The notes under the pieces are model-generated. The model was not told where the DNA came from, searched no databases, and saw only the letters and a program-made list of their open reading frames with translations. The position numbers were made by a program, and so were the translations under genes. DNA of 19,169 nucleotides, from contig DAIENX010000005.1 of the NCBI GenBank assembly GCA_027340875.1, positions 1 through 19,169 on the forward strand. Direction: 5' to 3'. Positions 17,364 through 19,169 of the stretch are shown here, piece after piece. This DNA is from Elusimicrobiota bacterium (GTDB lineage Bacteria > Elusimicrobiota > Elusimicrobia > Elusimicrobiales > UBA9959). The stretch's first letter is position 1. The number at the start of each line of letters is the position of its first letter.

Positions 17364-17744
17364 CTAGCCGCCGGCGCGCTTCAGCAGGTACTGCAGTTCC
17401 TTCCAGAGCAGCTCTATGTCCACCGGCTTGGAAAAGAAGGCGCCGGCGCCGGCCAGCATAGCCTCCGAGCGGTCCGCCGGCTCGGTATACTTGGCAGAGA
17501 TAAAGACCACAGGCACGGCCTTTAGACGGTCCGAGTCCCGAATGAGCTTCAGGAACTCTATACCGTGCATGTCCGGCAGCTGGACGTCCAGTATGATCAC
17601 GGAAGGCGCCGAGGCCGCCAGCGCGTCCAGCGCCTCCCTGGCGGAGGCGGCCACGCGCACCGAGGCTTCCACGTTCTTCAGCTTGAGGCCGTCGCGCAGC
17701 GTCTCTATGAAGTTCCTGTCGTCGTCGACTATAAGTATGTCCAT
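17364..17744 (-). CDS. Single-domain response regulator (CheY-like receiver)
   Basis: C-terminal part of track ORF 17364..18347; likely start MDILIVDDD at 17744. Phosphoacceptor ILDVQLP, FISA, SKP. 126 aa, no output domain. Confidence 0.9.
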   Translation of the reverse strand: MDILIVDDDRNFIETLRDGLKLKNVEASVRVAASAREALDALAASAPSVIILDVQLPDMHGIEFLKLIRDSDRLKAVPVVFISAKYTEPADRSEAMLAGAGAFFSKPVDIELLWKELQYLLKRAGG

Positions 17745-17746
17745 GT

Positions 17747-18484
17747 TCAGTAACCGTAGCTGAGGCGCTCGGCCAGCATGCCGGGCATCCTGAGGTCCCC
17801 CATGCGCCGCTGGGTGGCGCCCACGTCGTAAAAGACCTTGAAGTGGTCGAAGATCTTCCTTTCCGTGTCGTAGATGCCGCAGGAGGCCCGAGGGTCCCCG
17901 TCGCGCGGCTGGCCCACCGAGCCGGGGTTGAAGATCACGGGGCCGGGCGGCAGGACTATGCGGTCCATGGACCGCATGAAATCGGCCGCGGGCAGGCCGG
18001 TGTCCCGGCTGTTGCGGAAATAGAGCGGCATATGGCTGTGGCCTATGAAGCAGGGGGAGACCGTCCAGCCGCCCAGGTTGTCCGTGAACTGGAGCTCGCT
18101 GAGCAGATACTCGGTAAGGGGCTTGCGCGGAGAGCCGTGCACCAGCGTGAAGTCCGCCGTCTCGATCCGCTCCGGCAGGCGGGCGATGAAGTCCATCGCC
18201 TCGCCGCTGAGGTTGGAGCGGGAAAAATCTATGGCCCAGGCGGCGTTCTGGTTGAACCACTTGGCGTCCATTCTGCCGACCACCGCAGCGTCGTGGTTGC
18301 CGAGGACCGCGGTCAGGTTCTCGAGCGCCAGCAGGGCGGCGGCGCATTCCTGCGGCTGCGGGCCGTACCCGACGATGTCGCCGCAGCAGACGAAGTTCCC
18401 GATGCCGTTCTTGCGGTAGAAATCCAGCACGGCCTTGAGGGCCTCGTAATTGCCGTGCACGTCCGAGAATACACCGTATCTCAT
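17747..18484 (-). CDS. Calcineurin-like metallophosphoesterase (YfcE/MJ0936 family)
   Basis: SDVHGN, GDIVGYG, GNHD, VHGSP, GHSH, NPGSVGQPRDG. Confidence 0.93.
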   Translation of the reverse strand: MRYGVFSDVHGNYEALKAVLDFYRKNGIGNFVCCGDIVGYGPQPQECAAALLALENLTAVLGNHDAAVVGRMDAKWFNQNAAWAIDFSRSNLSGEAMDFIARLPERIETADFTLVHGSPRKPLTEYLLSELQFTDNLGGWTVSPCFIGHSHMPLYFRNSRDTGLPAADFMRSMDRIVLPPGPVIFNPGSVGQPRDGDPRASCGIYDTERKIFDHFKVFYDVGATQRRMGDLRMPGMLAERLSYGY

Positions 18485-18489
18485 CCGGG

Positions 18490-19169
18490 TCAGACTATGC
18501 CGGCCGCCTCCGGCTCGTTGGCCGCCATGTTCTCGGCGCGCTTGAGGTCCACCGAGATCAGCTTGCTGACCCCGAGCTCCTCCATCGTCACGCCGTAAAG
18601 GGTGTCCGCCGCCTCCATCGTGCGCTTGTTGTGCGTGATCACGATGAACTGCGTGGTAGGCGCGAACTCCCTGATCAGGCGCACGAAGCGCTCCACGTTG
18701 GCCTCGTCGAGAGGCGCGTCGGCCTCGTCCATGATGCAGAACGGCGACGGGTTCACGCGGAAGAAGCTGAACAAGAGCGACAGCGCGGTCAGCGCCTTCT
18801 CGCCGCCGGAGAGCTGCGAGATGCTGACCAGCTTCTTGCCGGGCGGGTGCGCCATGATCTCCACGCCGGTCTCGAGCAGGTTGTCAGGCATCGTCAGGAT
18901 CAGGTCGGCCTCGCCGCCGTTGAACAAGAGCGAGTAGATCTCCTTGAAGTAGCCGCGCACCTTGTCGAACGTGGTCTTGAAGTTCTCGCGCGTGGTGTCG
19001 TTGATCTTGTTGATCGCCGAGCGCAGGTCCGCCTTCGCGCGGTTCAGGTCCTCCACCTGGGAGTTCATGAAGTTGTAGCGCTGCGTCAGCGCCTCGTACT
19101 CCTCCGGGGCCGTCATGTTGACGTTGCCCATCTCCTGGATGCGGCGGCGCAGGAACAGCACGCGGTCGT
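18490..19169 (-). CDS. smc: Chromosome segregation protein SMC, C-terminal part (5' end outside the window)
   Basis: MGNVNMTAPEEY, PPGKK, signature LSGGEKALTA, Walker B/D-loop FCIMDEADAPLDEANV, QFIVITHNKRTM, GVTM...GVS. Confidence 0.96.
   Translation of the reverse strand, partial: DRVLFLRRRIQEMGNVNMTAPEEYEALTQRYNFMNSQVEDLNRAKADLRSAINKINDTTRENFKTTFDKVRGYFKEIYSLLFNGGEADLILTMPDNLLETGVEIMAHPPGKKLVSISQLSGGEKALTALSLLFSFFRVNPSPFCIMDEADAPLDEANVERFVRLIREFAPTTQFIVITHNKRTMEAADTLYGVTMEELGVSKLISVDLKRAENMAANEPEAAGIV

Noticed and set aside
17745..18347. Apparent N-terminal extension of the response regulator
   Set aside because: It is an off-frame overlap with the phosphoesterase gene; the receiver domain starts at 17744.

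Overview
High-GC bacterial chromosomal housekeeping region, with every credible gene on the minus strand. In transcription order (right to left): smc (3' end), metallophosphoesterase, single-domain response regulator, trxA, polA, rhomboid protease, coaE, rho, LysM/M23 peptidase, a lower-GC S41 peptidase, rpmE, prfA, prmC, murA, folC, ROK kinase, an LptD-like barrel, and the 5' part of an NDP-sugar epimerase. The organism is a diderm; Elusimicrobiota is my tentative, unverified guess. I found no rRNA, tRNA, CRISPR array or transposase. The most unusual non-coding features are two highly structured intergenic elements. The first (543-769) is a cloverleaf closed by a 16-bp terminal inverted repeat. 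The second (about 14053-14185) is a nested stem carrying tandem-GA hairpins. They share several short motifs in the same order. Protein-level oddities: Pol I motif A reads DYSQIDLR (steric-gate Glu replaced by Asp), Rho has an N/Q/G-rich N-terminal extension, the LptD-like protein has only one Cys and a C-terminal tail, and L31 has a Lys/Ala-rich tail. All pairings were read by eye; no folding or database search was run.
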